This document shows positions 24,894 to 34,508 of a stretch of DNA of 64,000 bases, piece by piece. The notes under the pieces were generated by a model. That model was given only the letters and a program-made list of their open reading frames with translations. It did not search any database and was not told where the DNA came from. This DNA is from an uncultured bacterium. GTDB taxonomy: Bacteria; Actinomycetota; Actinomycetes; S36-B12. A program made the translations under genes and the position numbers. The DNA lies in the NCBI GenBank assembly GCA_903909555.1, contig CAIVWG010000083.1, forward strand, positions 900 through 64,899, in the 5' to 3' direction. How positions within the stretch are numbered: position 1 is the stretch's first letter; each line of letters opens with the position of its first letter.

Positions 24894-25337
24894 ATGGCGA
24901 GGCTGACAGGTCCGGGGGGCGCGGATCCGACGCAGCTCCTCCGCGCAGCGGGAGCGGAGTTCCGCTCGACGGGCGCAGGCGACGTACCTGAGGCGTGGCT
25001 CGCCGAGGTGCTGCCCGCAGGCGAGCGAGATCCACGCGCGGTCGTCGTGGTCGATCCGCCGGCTCCCGGGGCCGAGCACGTCGACATGGGAGCCTGGCAT
25101 GTCAATGCGCGCGACGAGGTGCACCTGGTGCGCAGCGGCGAGGGAGTCCTGCAGGTGGTCACCCCGGGCGGGATCGTCACCGTCGTGCTGGAGCCGGGAG
25201 ACGTGATGATGGTGCGCGGCGCGGAGCACCGCTATCGCCCCGCCTCGCCGCAGGAGTGGGTGCTGCGCTGGAGCGGCCCCCCCGGTGCCGAACTCGAGCC
25301 GCGCGAGACCGGCCGCGCGGCGGACCCCTGGCCCTGA
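24894..25337 (+). CDS. Hypothetical protein, possible cupin (acireductone dioxygenase-like core)
   Basis: 147 aa. WHVNARDEVHLVRSGEGVLQVV....VTVVLEPGDVMMVRGAEHRY resembles a degenerate two-motif cupin. The assignment is weak. Confidence 0.4.
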   Translation: MARLTGPGGADPTQLLRAAGAEFRSTGAGDVPEAWLAEVLPAGERDPRAVVVVDPPAPGAEHVDMGAWHVNARDEVHLVRSGEGVLQVVTPGGIVTVVLEPGDVMMVRGAEHRYRPASPQEWVLRWSGPPGAELEPRETGRAADPWP

Positions 25338-25350
25338 GACCCCGCCGCGT

Positions 25351-27492
25351 TCAGCCCGCGGTGAGGGAACTCGCCACGTGCGACGGCATCGGCTCGTGCC
25401 CGCGGTACCTCCTGGTGAACGTCGCGGTCCCGTGCGCCAGGCTCCTGAGGTCGATCGCGTAGCGCGTGAGCTCGAGCCCCGGCACATCCGCCGTGATGCG
25501 GGTGCGTCCGGGACCCGCGCCCTCACTGCCGGTCACCCGTCCGCGCCGGCCGGAGAGATCCGACATCACCGCGCCGACGTAGTCGTCGGGGACGACGACG
25601 AGCACTTCGTCCACCGGCTCCAGCATGACGACCTCCGCCTTGCCGGCGGCCTCCTTGAGCGCCAGTCCTCCCGCCGTCTGGAAGGCCATGTCCGAGGAGT
25701 CCACGGAGTGGGCCTTGCCGTCGACGAGCGTCACGCGGATGTCGACGACGGGGTAGCCGGCGACGACCCCCTTCGCCATCTGGGCGCGGACGCCCTTCTC
25801 CACCGAGGGGATGAACTGGCGGGGGACGGCACCGCCGACCACCTTGTCGACGAACTCGAAGCCGGACCCGGCCGGAAGGGGCTCGACCTCGATGTCGCAC
25901 ACGGCGTACTGCCCGTGGCCGCCGGACTGCTTCACGAGCCTGCCGTGACCGCTCGCCGGCTTCCCGAACGTCTCCCGCAGCGAGACCCGCAACGGCTCCG
26001 AGTCGACGTGCACGCCGTAGCGATGCGTGAGGTGATCGAGGACGACGTCCATGTGCGCCTCTCCCATGCACCACAGGACGATCTGGCCCGTCTCCGCATT
26101 GCGCTCCAGTCGCAGTGTCGGATCCTCGGCGACGAGCCGGGCGAGACCGGCCGTGAGCTTGTCCTCGTCCGCGCTGCTGTGGGCGACGACGGCAATGGGG
26201 AGGAGCGGATCGGGCATGGCCCAGGGCTCCACCAGCATGGGCCGCTCGGGGCTGGACAGGGTGTCGCCGGTCTCCGCATGCCCGAGCTTGGCGACCGCGA
26301 CGATGTCGCCCGCCATGGCGGCGGGCACGGTGCGCTGGACCTTGCCGAGGGGCGACACGATGCCCCCCACTCGCTCGTCCAGGTCGTGGTCCTCGTGCCC
26401 CCGGTCGGACATGAAGTGACCGGAGACGTGCAGTGTGGCGTCGGACCGCAGGGTTCCGGAGAAGACGCGGACCAGGGAGAGCCTCCCGACGTAAGCGTCC
26501 GATGACGTCTTGACGACCTCCGCGCACAGGGGGCCCGCGGGATCGCACTCCAGTGGCGCCAGCGGCTCTCCGGTGGGGGTCGTCACCGCCGGCAGGGGAT
26601 GCTCCAGGGGCGAGGGGAACCCGCGCGTGAGCACCTCGAGGAGCTCGGGCATGCCGAACCCGACCGGGGTGGTGGCGGTGACGAGCACGGGGAAGAAGTG
26701 CCCCCGGGCGACCGCCTTCTCCAGGTCGGAGACCAGCGTGTCGAACGCAATGTCCTCGCCCGCCAGGAAGCGGTCCATGAGGCTCTCGTCCTCGGACTCC
26801 GTGATGATCCCCTCGATGAGGGCCGTGCGCGCGTCCTCGATGAGCTCGACGTGCTGAGGCTCGGGGTCCCGCTCCCGCGCGTCGCCGTCGGAGTAGTCGA
26901 AGATCCGCTGGGAGAGCAGGCCGATGAGGCCCGCGACATGTTCGTCGTCGGCGTGGAGAGGGAGGTAGAGCGGCAGCACGCCCTGCCCCTCGCCGAACGT
27001 GCGCTGGCAGGCTTCGACGGTGCCCTCGACGTCCGCGCGTTCCCGATCTGCCTTCGTCACCACGATGGCGCGGGGCATCCCCACCGCCGCGCACTCGTCC
27101 CACAGCATGGCGGTGGCACCGTCGATGCCATCGACGGCCGACACCACGAACAGCGCGGCGTCGGCGGCACGCAGGCCGGCACGCACCTCGCCGACGAAGT
27201 CGGCATAGCCGGGAGTGTCGAGCAGGTTGATCCGCACACCGTCCCAGTCCAACGGGACCAGGCTCAAGGAGACCGAGCGCTGCTGGCGCTTCTCGGCATC
27301 ATCGGTGTCCGACAGGGTCGTGCCGTCCTCGACGTTGCCGGCGCGCGGGATCGCACCGGTGGCGAGGGCGAGGCGCTCCACGAGCGTGGTCTTGCCGGAA
27401 TTGCTCGGGCCCACGAGGACGACGTTGCGGATCGCGGCGGGATCGGTCGGTGCCTTGGCGGCCTGGTCGCGGCCCGCGGAGCCCTGTGCCAT
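25351..27492 (-). CDS. Elongation factor G-like translational GTPase paralogue (EF-G2 type)
   Basis: 714 aa from ATG at 27492 (MAQGSAGRDQ...). G1 is GPSNSGKTT, G3 is LLDTPGYADF and G4 is TKAD. EF-G domains II-V follow (e.g. GDTL, GEAHMDVVLDHL, GGHGQYAVCDIEVEP, AFQTAG). The upstream 204 codons of the track ORF are antisense to pgsA. Confidence 0.85.
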   Translation of the reverse strand: MAQGSAGRDQAAKAPTDPAAIRNVVLVGPSNSGKTTLVERLALATGAIPRAGNVEDGTTLSDTDDAEKRQQRSVSLSLVPLDWDGVRINLLDTPGYADFVGEVRAGLRAADAALFVVSAVDGIDGATAMLWDECAAVGMPRAIVVTKADRERADVEGTVEACQRTFGEGQGVLPLYLPLHADDEHVAGLIGLLSQRIFDYSDGDARERDPEPQHVELIEDARTALIEGIITESEDESLMDRFLAGEDIAFDTLVSDLEKAVARGHFFPVLVTATTPVGFGMPELLEVLTRGFPSPLEHPLPAVTTPTGEPLAPLECDPAGPLCAEVVKTSSDAYVGRLSLVRVFSGTLRSDATLHVSGHFMSDRGHEDHDLDERVGGIVSPLGKVQRTVPAAMAGDIVAVAKLGHAETGDTLSSPERPMLVEPWAMPDPLLPIAVVAHSSADEDKLTAGLARLVAEDPTLRLERNAETGQIVLWCMGEAHMDVVLDHLTHRYGVHVDSEPLRVSLRETFGKPASGHGRLVKQSGGHGQYAVCDIEVEPLPAGSGFEFVDKVVGGAVPRQFIPSVEKGVRAQMAKGVVAGYPVVDIRVTLVDGKAHSVDSSDMAFQTAGGLALKEAAGKAEVVMLEPVDEVLVVVPDDYVGAVMSDLSGRRGRVTGSEGAGPGRTRITADVPGLELTRYAIDLRSLAHGTATFTRRYRGHEPMPSHVASSLTAG

Positions 27493-27636
27493 GTCTGTCT
27501 CCTGTCGTCCTTCTCCCGTCCGGAGGTCGCCTGCCCCGTGCTGAGTCCCAGCCTGCCAGCACGAGCGTGATCCGTCCCACGAAACGGGGGACGGGTCCGA
27601 GGGCCTAGCATCGCGGGGACGGCCCCCGGCCCGTCC

Positions 27637-27686
27637 GGCCGCGACGTCGGGTCGACGAGGGGTCGGGTCGACGAGAGGCCGCGACG
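27637..27686. repeat. Nested direct repeats [A][B][B][A] in the EF-G2/pgsA divergent intergenic region
   Basis: B is GTCGGGTCGACGAG at 27646-27659 and 27662-27675, with a 16-nt period and containing the palindrome GTCGAC. A is GGCCGCGACG at 27637-27646 and 27677-27686. Confidence 0.6.
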
Positions 27687-27721
27687 ATGACAGGTCGAGG
27701 CGGGGTGGGGCAGGAGATGAC

Positions 27722-28336
27722 GTGCTGAACAACCCCGCGGCGCGCAAGGTGTCCGCCGTCGTGATCGAACCCGTCGCCCGGCTGCTCCTCCGGCTCCACG
27801 TGTCCCCCGACGCCGTGACGGTCGTGGGCACCCTCGTCACGTGCACGGCGGCCCTGGTCTTCTTCCCGCGCGGCGACTTCGTGCCGGGCGTCCTCATCAT
27901 CGCCGCCGCGGTCCTGTGCGATCTGCTGGACGGCACGATGGCGCGCCTGTCCGGACGGGCGGGCCCCTGGGGGAACTTCCTCGACGCGACGCTCGACCGG
28001 GTGGCGGACGGCTGCGTTTTCGGTGCGCTCGTGCTGTGGTCGGTCTCCACGGGCAACCCCTGGACCGTGGCCGCAGCCCTCACCTGCCTGGTCGGGGGGC
28101 AGGTCATCTCCTATGCGAAGGCCCGCGCCGAGGCGGTGGGAGCGACGGCCAACGTCGGCATCGCGGAGCGCGCCGAGCGTCTCATCGTCGTGCTGCTCGC
28201 GGCGCTGCTCGCCGGTCTCGGCGTTCCCTACGTCCTGCCCGCGGCCCTGGGCATCCTCGCCATCCTCAGCGTGGTCACGGTCGTGCAGCGCATCATCGTG
28301 GTGCGGGGGCAGTTGCGCCACGAGGACGTGGCGTGA
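27722..28336 (+). CDS. pgsA: CDP-alcohol phosphatidyltransferase (phosphatidylinositol phosphate synthase, PgsA1-like)
   Basis: 204 aa, GTG start. CDP-alcohol transferase motif DLLDGTMARLSGRAGPWGNFLDATLDRVAD. Synteny with patA/pimA supports the call. Confidence 0.85.
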   Translation: MLNNPAARKVSAVVIEPVARLLLRLHVSPDAVTVVGTLVTCTAALVFFPRGDFVPGVLIIAAAVLCDLLDGTMARLSGRAGPWGNFLDATLDRVADGCVFGALVLWSVSTGNPWTVAAALTCLVGGQVISYAKARAEAVGATANVGIAERAERLIVVLLAALLAGLGVPYVLPAALGILAILSVVTVVQRIIVVRGQLRHEDVA

Positions 28337-29226
28337 TCACCCGCGACGCGATCACCGAGGCGGGGTTCGGAGTCGGCTGGACCACCCTCAAGGCCCTGCC
28401 GGACCCCGTTGCCCGCCGGGCCTTCGACGCCATCGCCGAGCGCACGTGGTCGCGGAACGGTCAGGGCGTGCGCCAGCTCCGCGCCAACCTCTCTCGTGTC
28501 CTCGGGGATGATCAGCTGCCCATGCTCGAGGACGTCACCCGCGACGCGGTGCACCGCTACATGCGGTACTGGTGTGAGACGTTCCGCCTCCCGGCCTGGA
28601 GCCGCGCACAGGTGGTCGACTCGTTCCTCGTCGAGGGCCAGGAGCGCCTCGACCGCCTCCAGGCGGCCGGCGAGGGAGCGATCATCGTGAGCCCGCACAT
28701 GGGCAACTGGGACCACGCGGCCGCCTGGGCCGCCCTCACCTACGACGGGCTCGACACCGTGGTCGAGAGACTCAAGCCGGAGGGGCTGTACGAGAAGTTC
28801 CTCGCCTACCGGCGCGGGCTCGGGATGGAGGTCCATCCGCTCGGGGATCCCGAGATCGTGCGCGATCTCGCCCGCAGCCTCAAGCAGGGGAGGCTCGTGT
28901 GCCTGCTGGCCGACCGGGATCTCTCGCACGCCGGGGTGCCCGTGGAGTTCTTCGGGGATCGGGCGACGATGCCCGCGGGCCCGGCCATGCTCGCTCTCAT
29001 GACCGGCGCACCGGTGATCCCCGTGACCGTGTGGCACTCCGAGCTGGGGACGCACGGGCGCATCGAGGAGCCTCTCGACCTGCCCGCGGACGGCAGCCGC
29101 CGCGATCGCGTGGAGCAGATCACCCAGATGATCGCGGGGGCGTTCGAACGCTCGATCTCCGAGCATCCGGCGGACTGGCACATGATGCAGCCGCTGTGGA
29201 CGGCGGACCTGGATCCGCGTCGGTGA
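28333..29226 (+). CDS. patA: Phosphatidylinositol mannoside acyltransferase (LpxL/HtrB family, PatA-like)
   Basis: In-frame GTG at 28333 overlapping the pgsA stop (GTGA). HX4D acyltransferase motif SPHMGNWDH. The position between pgsA and pimA matches mycobacteria. Confidence 0.75.
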   Translation: MITRDAITEAGFGVGWTTLKALPDPVARRAFDAIAERTWSRNGQGVRQLRANLSRVLGDDQLPMLEDVTRDAVHRYMRYWCETFRLPAWSRAQVVDSFLVEGQERLDRLQAAGEGAIIVSPHMGNWDHAAAWAALTYDGLDTVVERLKPEGLYEKFLAYRRGLGMEVHPLGDPEIVRDLARSLKQGRLVCLLADRDLSHAGVPVEFFGDRATMPAGPAMLALMTGAPVIPVTVWHSELGTHGRIEEPLDLPADGSRRDRVEQITQMIAGAFERSISEHPADWHMMQPLWTADLDPRR

Positions 29227-30401
29227 AGGTCGGCCTGGTCTGCCCGTACGCCTGGGACGTCCCCGGCGGGGTCCAGGCGCACGTGCGCGACCTCGCGGAG
29301 ACGCTCATCGAGCTCGGCCACGAGGTCAGCGTGATGACGCCGGTCGACGATCCCGCGAGCCTGCCGCCCTACGCCGTCGACGGCGGACGTCCCCGGGCCG
29401 TCCCCTACAACGGATCGGTGGCCCGGCTCACCTTCGGGGTCGCCGCGACCGCGCGCGTGCGACGGTGGATCCGGCGAGGACGATTCGACGTGCTGCACGT
29501 CCACGAGCCGGTCGCTCCGTCCCTGGGCATCCTCGCCGTGTGGGCGGCCCGCGGCCCCATCGTCGCCACGGTGCACTCGTCGATCTTCCGCTCGCGCGCA
29601 CTGGTCACCGCCTACTACATCGCGCAGACCGCGCTGGAAAAGGTGTCGGCTCTCATCGCGGTGAGCGAGTACGCGCGCCGCACGATCGTGGATCACCTCG
29701 GCGGAGACGCCGTGCTCATCCCCAACGGCGTCCGGGTGGGAGTCTTCCGCGACGCCGCGCCGATGACGGGACTGCCGGACGGCCCGCTCCTCGCCTTCCT
29801 CGGGCGAGTGCAGGAGCCGCGCAAGGGGCTGGCGGTGCTCCTGGGAGCGATGCCGGACATCCTCGAGCGGCACCCGAGCGCCCGTCTCGTCATCATCGGC
29901 CCGGGCGACCTCGACGAGGTCCTCCAGGGCCACCCCGAGAGCGTGCAGCGCTGCGTGGTCCCCCTGGGCCGCCTGGACGAGGCCGAGAAGGCATCCGCCC
30001 TGGCCGCCGCCGATGTCTACGTGGCCCCCAACACGGGGGGTGAGTCCTTCGGCATCGTGCTCCTCGAGGCCATGGCGGCCGGAACGCCGGTGGTGGCGAG
30101 CGACCTCGAGGCCTTCGAGCGTGTCCTCGACGACGGCCGGGCGGGCTTGACGTTCCCCGTGGGAGACAGCCGGGCGCTCGCCGTGCAGGCATGCCGGCTG
30201 CTCGACAGCGAGGAGCTCCGTCAGGACATGGCGCGCCGGGGGAGCGCTCGCGCCGAGGACTACGACTGGAACGCCGTGGCCCGCGACATCGTGGCGGTGT
30301 ACGAGTCGGTCATGGCGGGCTCCCAGGGCGTGTCCGAGGACCTGAGGGGACAACTGGTCGGGCGCCTGGCCCGTCCCCGATCGTCGCGCGAGGCCCCGTG
30401 A
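29223..30401 (+). CDS. pimA: GT4 glycosyltransferase, phosphatidylinositol alpha-mannosyltransferase (PimA-like)
   Basis: In-frame GTG at 29223 overlapping the patA stop. The sequence reads VKVGLVCPYAWDVPGGVQAHVRDLAE.L...GH.V and carries the C-terminal GT-B motif GESFGIVLLEAMAAGTPVVASD. Confidence 0.8.
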   Translation: MKVGLVCPYAWDVPGGVQAHVRDLAETLIELGHEVSVMTPVDDPASLPPYAVDGGRPRAVPYNGSVARLTFGVAATARVRRWIRRGRFDVLHVHEPVAPSLGILAVWAARGPIVATVHSSIFRSRALVTAYYIAQTALEKVSALIAVSEYARRTIVDHLGGDAVLIPNGVRVGVFRDAAPMTGLPDGPLLAFLGRVQEPRKGLAVLLGAMPDILERHPSARLVIIGPGDLDEVLQGHPESVQRCVVPLGRLDEAEKASALAAADVYVAPNTGGESFGIVLLEAMAAGTPVVASDLEAFERVLDDGRAGLTFPVGDSRALAVQACRLLDSEELRQDMARRGSARAEDYDWNAVARDIVAVYESVMAGSQGVSEDLRGQLVGRLARPRSSREAP

Positions 30402-30414
30402 TGGGAGGGGCGGA

Positions 30415-30963
30415 ATGACCTGGGCGTGGATCGCGGTCGTCGTCGGCGTGCTGGCCCTCGTGGGTCTCTACCTCAGCATGACGGCCGGTCGGCTGGACCG
30501 CCTGCATCGGCGCGTGGACACGTCCGCCGGCGCCCTCGACGTGCAGTTGCTGCGCCGCTCCGCGCTCGCCCTGGACCTGGCAGGGACGGGAGTGTTCGAC
30601 CCGGCCACGGCCGTGGTCGTCGGCGACAGCGCACACCGCGCGCGCGCCGCGTCCGAGGACGACCACGTGAGCCGAGGGCTCGCCGAGAGCGACCTGAGCC
30701 GTGTCCTCGGGCTGGCGCTGCCCGACGAGGAGGAGGTCGCGGATCTGAGGGAGGACCCCGAGGCGCGGGGCATGCTCGACGAACTCGCGGGCGCCTGCCT
30801 GCGCGTGCAGTTGGCGCGCCGCTTCCACAATGACGCCGTTCGGGCGTGTCGTCAGGTGCGCCGACAGCGCGCCGTGCGGTGGTTCCGCCTGGCGGGGCGT
30901 ACGCCGCTGCCCCAGACGCTGGAGATGGACGACACGCCGCCTCCGGGGCTGCCTCCCCGCTGA
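30415..30963 (+). CDS. LemA-like single-pass membrane protein (divergent)
   Basis: 182 aa. N-terminal TM, then AGALDVQLLRRSALALDL and a C-terminal RRFHNDAVRACRQVRRQRAVRWF, resembling the LemA motifs (IDVQLKRR..L..NL; RFYND.V..YN). Confidence 0.55.
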   Translation: MTWAWIAVVVGVLALVGLYLSMTAGRLDRLHRRVDTSAGALDVQLLRRSALALDLAGTGVFDPATAVVVGDSAHRARAASEDDHVSRGLAESDLSRVLGLALPDEEEVADLREDPEARGMLDELAGACLRVQLARRFHNDAVRACRQVRRQRAVRWFRLAGRTPLPQTLEMDDTPPPGLPPR

Positions 30964-30984
30964 TCGGCGACGTACGGTGGTCGG

Positions 30985-32055
30985 GTGCCGGTCTCCCGTC
31001 CCCTTGCCCTTGCCGTGGCCGCCGCCCTCCTCGCGGTGGGTTGCTCGGGGGCGGAGCAGGCAGCCGTGACGCCCAGCCCGTCGCCCACGCCCAGCCCCAC
31101 GCCGAGCGCCACGCCCACGCCGACCCCCACGCCCACGCCGACGCCGACGTCCACCTCGCCGTACGGCATCCCCGAGGGTGCGTCGCCGCTGTCCGGACGG
31201 CCGGGCGGCGCGGGCCGGCCCGTCCTGGCGGTCAAGATCGACAACACCGCCTCCGCACAGCCCCACTCCGGCCTCGCCTACGCGGACGTCGTCTACGTGC
31301 AGGAGGTCGAGGGCCAGCTCACCCGGCTCCTCGCCATCTTCTCCACGAGCCTGCCCCAGGAAATCGCGCCGGTGCGCTCCGCGAGGATCAGCGACATCGA
31401 CATCCTGGCCAACTACGGGCGCGTGGCCTTCGCCTACTCGGGAGCCTCCGAGCGTACCCGACGACTCCTCGCCGAGGCGGACTACGTCAACGTGTCCGAG
31501 GAGGCCGGTGAAGTGGGGTGGTCGACCCAGCCGTGGCGGTCGGTGGGCTGGAACAACCACGTCATCGATCCCACGGTCATCATGACCCGTGCGCCCGATG
31601 CGGCGCCTGCCCAGGACATTGGCTTCGAGTTCTCCGAGGAGCCTCCGCCCGGGGGCAAGCCGGTGTCGGAGCTCACGGCCTCCTACGGTTCGTCGACCGT
31701 GACGTTCCAGTGGGACCCGCAGGCCGGCGGATACCGCATCCTCATGGACGGCACGCCGGAGGAGTCCACCGACGACAGCGTGGCCGTCGCGGCCACGGTC
31801 GTCCTGCAGGAGGTCGAGCAGAAGGACTCGGGCCTCGGCGACCGCTACGGCGGCATCACCCCCGAGATCGAGACCGTGGGCAGCGGCACGGCCCTGGTCT
31901 TGAGGGACGGCCGGATGTGGACCGTCACCTGGGACCGGCCCACGCCCGACTCCGTGACCAAGTACGTGCAGGCCGACGGCACTCCGATGCCCTTCGCGAT
32001 CGGCCAGGAGTGGATCGTGCTGCTCGACAAGAAGCGCACGCCCACCATCAAGTAG
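30985..32055 (+). CDS. DUF3048-domain lipoprotein
   Basis: 356 aa, GTG start, lipobox [12 protein letters not shown] linker, then [10 protein letters not shown]...[26 protein letters not shown] typical of DUF3048. Confidence 0.7.
   Translation: MPVSRPLALAVAAALLAVGCSGAEQAAVTPSPSPTPSPTPSATPTPTPTPTPTPTSTSPYGIPEGASPLSGRPGGAGRPVLAVKIDNTASAQPHSGLAYADVVYVQEVEGQLTRLLAIFSTSLPQEIAPVRSARISDIDILANYGRVAFAYSGASERTRRLLAEADYVNVSEEAGEVGWSTQPWRSVGWNNHVIDPTVIMTRAPDAAPAQDIGFEFSEEPPPGGKPVSELTASYGSSTVTFQWDPQAGGYRILMDGTPEESTDDSVAVAATVVLQEVEQKDSGLGDRYGGITPEIETVGSGTALVLRDGRMWTVTWDRPTPDSVTKYVQADGTPMPFAIGQEWIVLLDKKRTPTIK
31069..31161 (+). repeat. Coding Pro-Thr/Pro-Ser low-complexity repeat (lipoprotein linker)
   Basis: ACGCC(C/G) hexamer-like iterations encode [31 protein letters not shown] inside the DUF3048 gene. 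Confidence 0.7.
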
Positions 32056-32135
32056 GGGGTCTCGCCCCGCCGCCGGAAGGGCTCCCGCGGGAGCGCGACG
32101 GTGCCACGGTGCCGAGTGGCCCGGGGGCCACTAGC

Positions 32136-33086
32136 ATGGAGGCTCAGGCAGCGTCAGCCGCGAAGGTCCCGAGCCCGGAGGATCCCGTGTCCACCACCCC
32201 GCAGCACGTCACCGGCACCACACGCGTCAAGCGCGGCATGGCCGAGATGCTCAAGGGCGGCGTCATCATGGACGTCGTCACCCCGGACCAGGCCAAGATC
32301 GCCGAGGACGCCGGTGCCGTCGCGGTCATGGCCCTCGAACGCGTCCCCGCCGACATCAGGGCCGAGGGCGGCGTGGCGCGCATGTCCGACCCGGACATGA
32401 TCCAGGGCATCGTCGACGCGGTCACGATCCCCGTCATGGCGAAGGCCCGGATCGGGCACTTCGCGGAGGCGCAGGTCCTGCAGGCCCTCGGCGTCGACTA
32501 CATCGACGAGTCCGAGGTGCTCACCCCGGCCGACTATGCCCACCACATCGACAAGTGGCAGTTCACGGTGCCCTTCGTCTGCGGCGCGACCAACCTCGGT
32601 GAGGCGCTGCGCCGGATCACCGAGGGCGCGGCCATGATCCGGTCCAAGGGCGAGGCTGGCACCGGTGACGTCTCGAACGCCGTGACCCACATGCGCCGCA
32701 TCCGCGACGAGATCCGGCGCCTCAGCTCTCTCCCCGAGGATGAGTGGTACGTCGCGGCCAAGGAGTTGCAGGCCCCGTACGACCTCGTCGTCGAGGTGGC
32801 TCGCGCCGGCAGGCTCCCCGTGGTGCTCTTCACCGCGGGCGGCATCGCCACGCCGGCGGATGCCGCCATGATGATGCAGCTGGGTGCGGAGGGGGTCTTC
32901 GTCGGCTCGGGCATCTTCAAGTCCGGGGATCCCGCCAAGCGTGCGGACGCCATCGTCCAGGCGACACGGCACTTCCAGGACCCGGACATCGTCGCCAAGG
33001 TCTCCCGAGGCCTCGGCGAGGCGATGGTCGGCATCAACGTGGCGGACATCCCCGTGCACCACCGGCTCGAAGACCGGGGCTGGTGA
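32136..33086 (+). CDS. pdxS: Pyridoxal 5'-phosphate synthase lyase subunit PdxS
   Basis: In-frame ATG at 32136. Motifs present are [74 protein letters not shown] and [10 protein letters not shown]. Confidence 0.95.
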   Translation: MEAQAASAAKVPSPEDPVSTTPQHVTGTTRVKRGMAEMLKGGVIMDVVTPDQAKIAEDAGAVAVMALERVPADIRAEGGVARMSDPDMIQGIVDAVTIPVMAKARIGHFAEAQVLQALGVDYIDESEVLTPADYAHHIDKWQFTVPFVCGATNLGEALRRITEGAAMIRSKGEAGTGDVSNAVTHMRRIRDEIRRLSSLPEDEWYVAAKELQAPYDLVVEVARAGRLPVVLFTAGGIATPADAAMMMQLGAEGVFVGSGIFKSGDPAKRADAIVQATRHFQDPDIVAKVSRGLGEAMVGINVADIPVHHRLEDRGW

Positions 33087-33715
33087 CCGCGGGTCCACGC
33101 ATCGGCGTCCTCGCCCTCCAGGGCGACGTCCGCGAGCACGCTCATGCCCTCGAGTCCGTGGGAGCCGAGCCGCTCGCGGTGGGAAGCGCCGCGGACCTCA
33201 CGCGGATCCACGGCCTGGTGATCCCCGGCGGGGAGTCCACGACCATGTCCAAGATCGCCGTGCGCGACGGTCTCATCGGTCCCCTGCGGGAGGCGCGTGC
33301 CGCAGGGATGCCGATGTACGGGTCGTGCGCCGGCATGATCATGCTGGCCGACCGGGTCCTCGATGCGCGGCCCGACCAGGAGTTCGTGGGCGGCCTCGAC
33401 ATCACCGTGCGCCGCAACGCCTTCGGGCGGCAGGTGGACTCCTTCGAGGCGCCGATCCGCCTGGAGGGGATCCCGACCGAGCAGGCGGATGCCGCAGACC
33501 ACGGGCCGCTCACCGCGGTATTCATCCGCGCGCCGTGGGTCGAGGACGTGGGGCCCGGCGTGGAGGTGCTCGGCAGGCTTCGCCAGGAGGGTGCCCCCGA
33601 TACCATCGTGGCCGTCAGGCAGGGCCGGCTCATGGCCACCGCGTTCCATCCGGAACTCACCGGTGACCGCCGGGTCCACGCGATCTTCGTCGGGATGGTG
33701 AGGCAGGCGTCATGA
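33083..33715 (+). CDS. pdxT: Pyridoxal 5'-phosphate synthase glutaminase subunit PdxT
   Basis: In-frame GTG at 33083 overlapping the pdxS stop. Motifs present are [19 protein letters not shown], catalytic GSCAGMIML and FHPELT. Confidence 0.9.
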   Translation: MTAGPRIGVLALQGDVREHAHALESVGAEPLAVGSAADLTRIHGLVIPGGESTTMSKIAVRDGLIGPLREARAAGMPMYGSCAGMIMLADRVLDARPDQEFVGGLDITVRRNAFGRQVDSFEAPIRLEGIPTEQADAADHGPLTAVFIRAPWVEDVGPGVEVLGRLRQEGAPDTIVAVRQGRLMATAFHPELTGDRRVHAIFVGMVRQAS

Positions 33716-34470
33716 GCGGTCACTCCAAGTGGGCGACCACCAAGCACAAGAAGGCCGTGGTGGACGCGCGCCGCGGCAAGCTGTTCGCTCGCCTCATCAA
33801 GAACATCGAGGTGGCCGCCCGCCAGGGCGGCGGTGATCCCGCGGGCAATCCCACCCTGTACGACGCGATCCAGAAGGCCCGCAAGAACTCCGTGCCGCTC
33901 GACAACATCGAGCGGGCCGTGAAGCGCGGCTCCGGCGCCGAGGCCGGGGGAGCGGACTACCAGACGATCATGTACGAGGGATACGGCCCGCAGGGTGTCG
34001 CGGTGCTCGTGGAGTGCCTCACCGACAATCGCAATCGGGCCGCATCGGACGTGCGCGTCGCGATGACGCGCAATGGCGGGAGCATGGCCGATCCCGGGTC
34101 GGTGTCGTACCTGTTCACCCGCAAGGGAGTCGTCATGGTCCCCTCGGCGGACGGGGTCGACGAAGACGCCATCCTGTCCGCGGTGCTCGAGGCGGGGGCT
34201 GAGGAGGTCAACGACCTCGACGGCGTGTTCGAGGTGCTCTCGGAGGCGGGCGACGTTGTCGCCGTGCGCACCGCGCTCCAGGACGCCGGGATCGACTACG
34301 ACTCGGCCGAGGCCACCTTCGTCCCCAGCGTGCAGGTTCCGGCCGACGAGGACGTCGCCCGCAAGGTGTTCCGGCTCGTCGAGGCCCTGGAGGACAGCGA
34401 CGACGTCCAGGCGGTCTACACCAACGTGGACGTCAGCGACGAGGTCCTCGCCAGCCTGGACGCCGAGTAG
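33712..34470 (+). CDS. yebC: YebC/PmpR family DNA-binding transcriptional regulator
   Basis: 252 aa. The N-terminus [45 protein letters not shown] is diagnostic. ATGA overlap with pdxT. Confidence 0.9.
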   Translation: MSGHSKWATTKHKKAVVDARRGKLFARLIKNIEVAARQGGGDPAGNPTLYDAIQKARKNSVPLDNIERAVKRGSGAEAGGADYQTIMYEGYGPQGVAVLVECLTDNRNRAASDVRVAMTRNGGSMADPGSVSYLFTRKGVVMVPSADGVDEDAILSAVLEAGAEEVNDLDGVFEVLSEAGDVVAVRTALQDAGIDYDSAEATFVPSVQVPADEDVARKVFRLVEALEDSDDVQAVYTNVDVSDEVLASLDAE

Positions 34471-34508
34471 TCCGCCCGTTCGGGGCGACCAAGGATCACG
34501 GAGGGGCC

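Noticed and set aside
25351-28107. 918-aa version of the EF-G-like ORF
   Set aside because: The extra 204 N-terminal codons overlap pgsA in antisense and cross the structured intergenic region. The GTPase P-loop lies about 30 aa after the ATG at 27492, as in normal EF-G proteins.
31069-31161. Short tandem DNA repeats (here and at 45967-46077, and 39100-39260 in secD) as possible CRISPR or VNTR loci
   Set aside because: All are in frame inside ORFs and encode Pro/Thr/Ser/Asp/Ala linkers. There is no repeat-spacer architecture and there are no cas genes.
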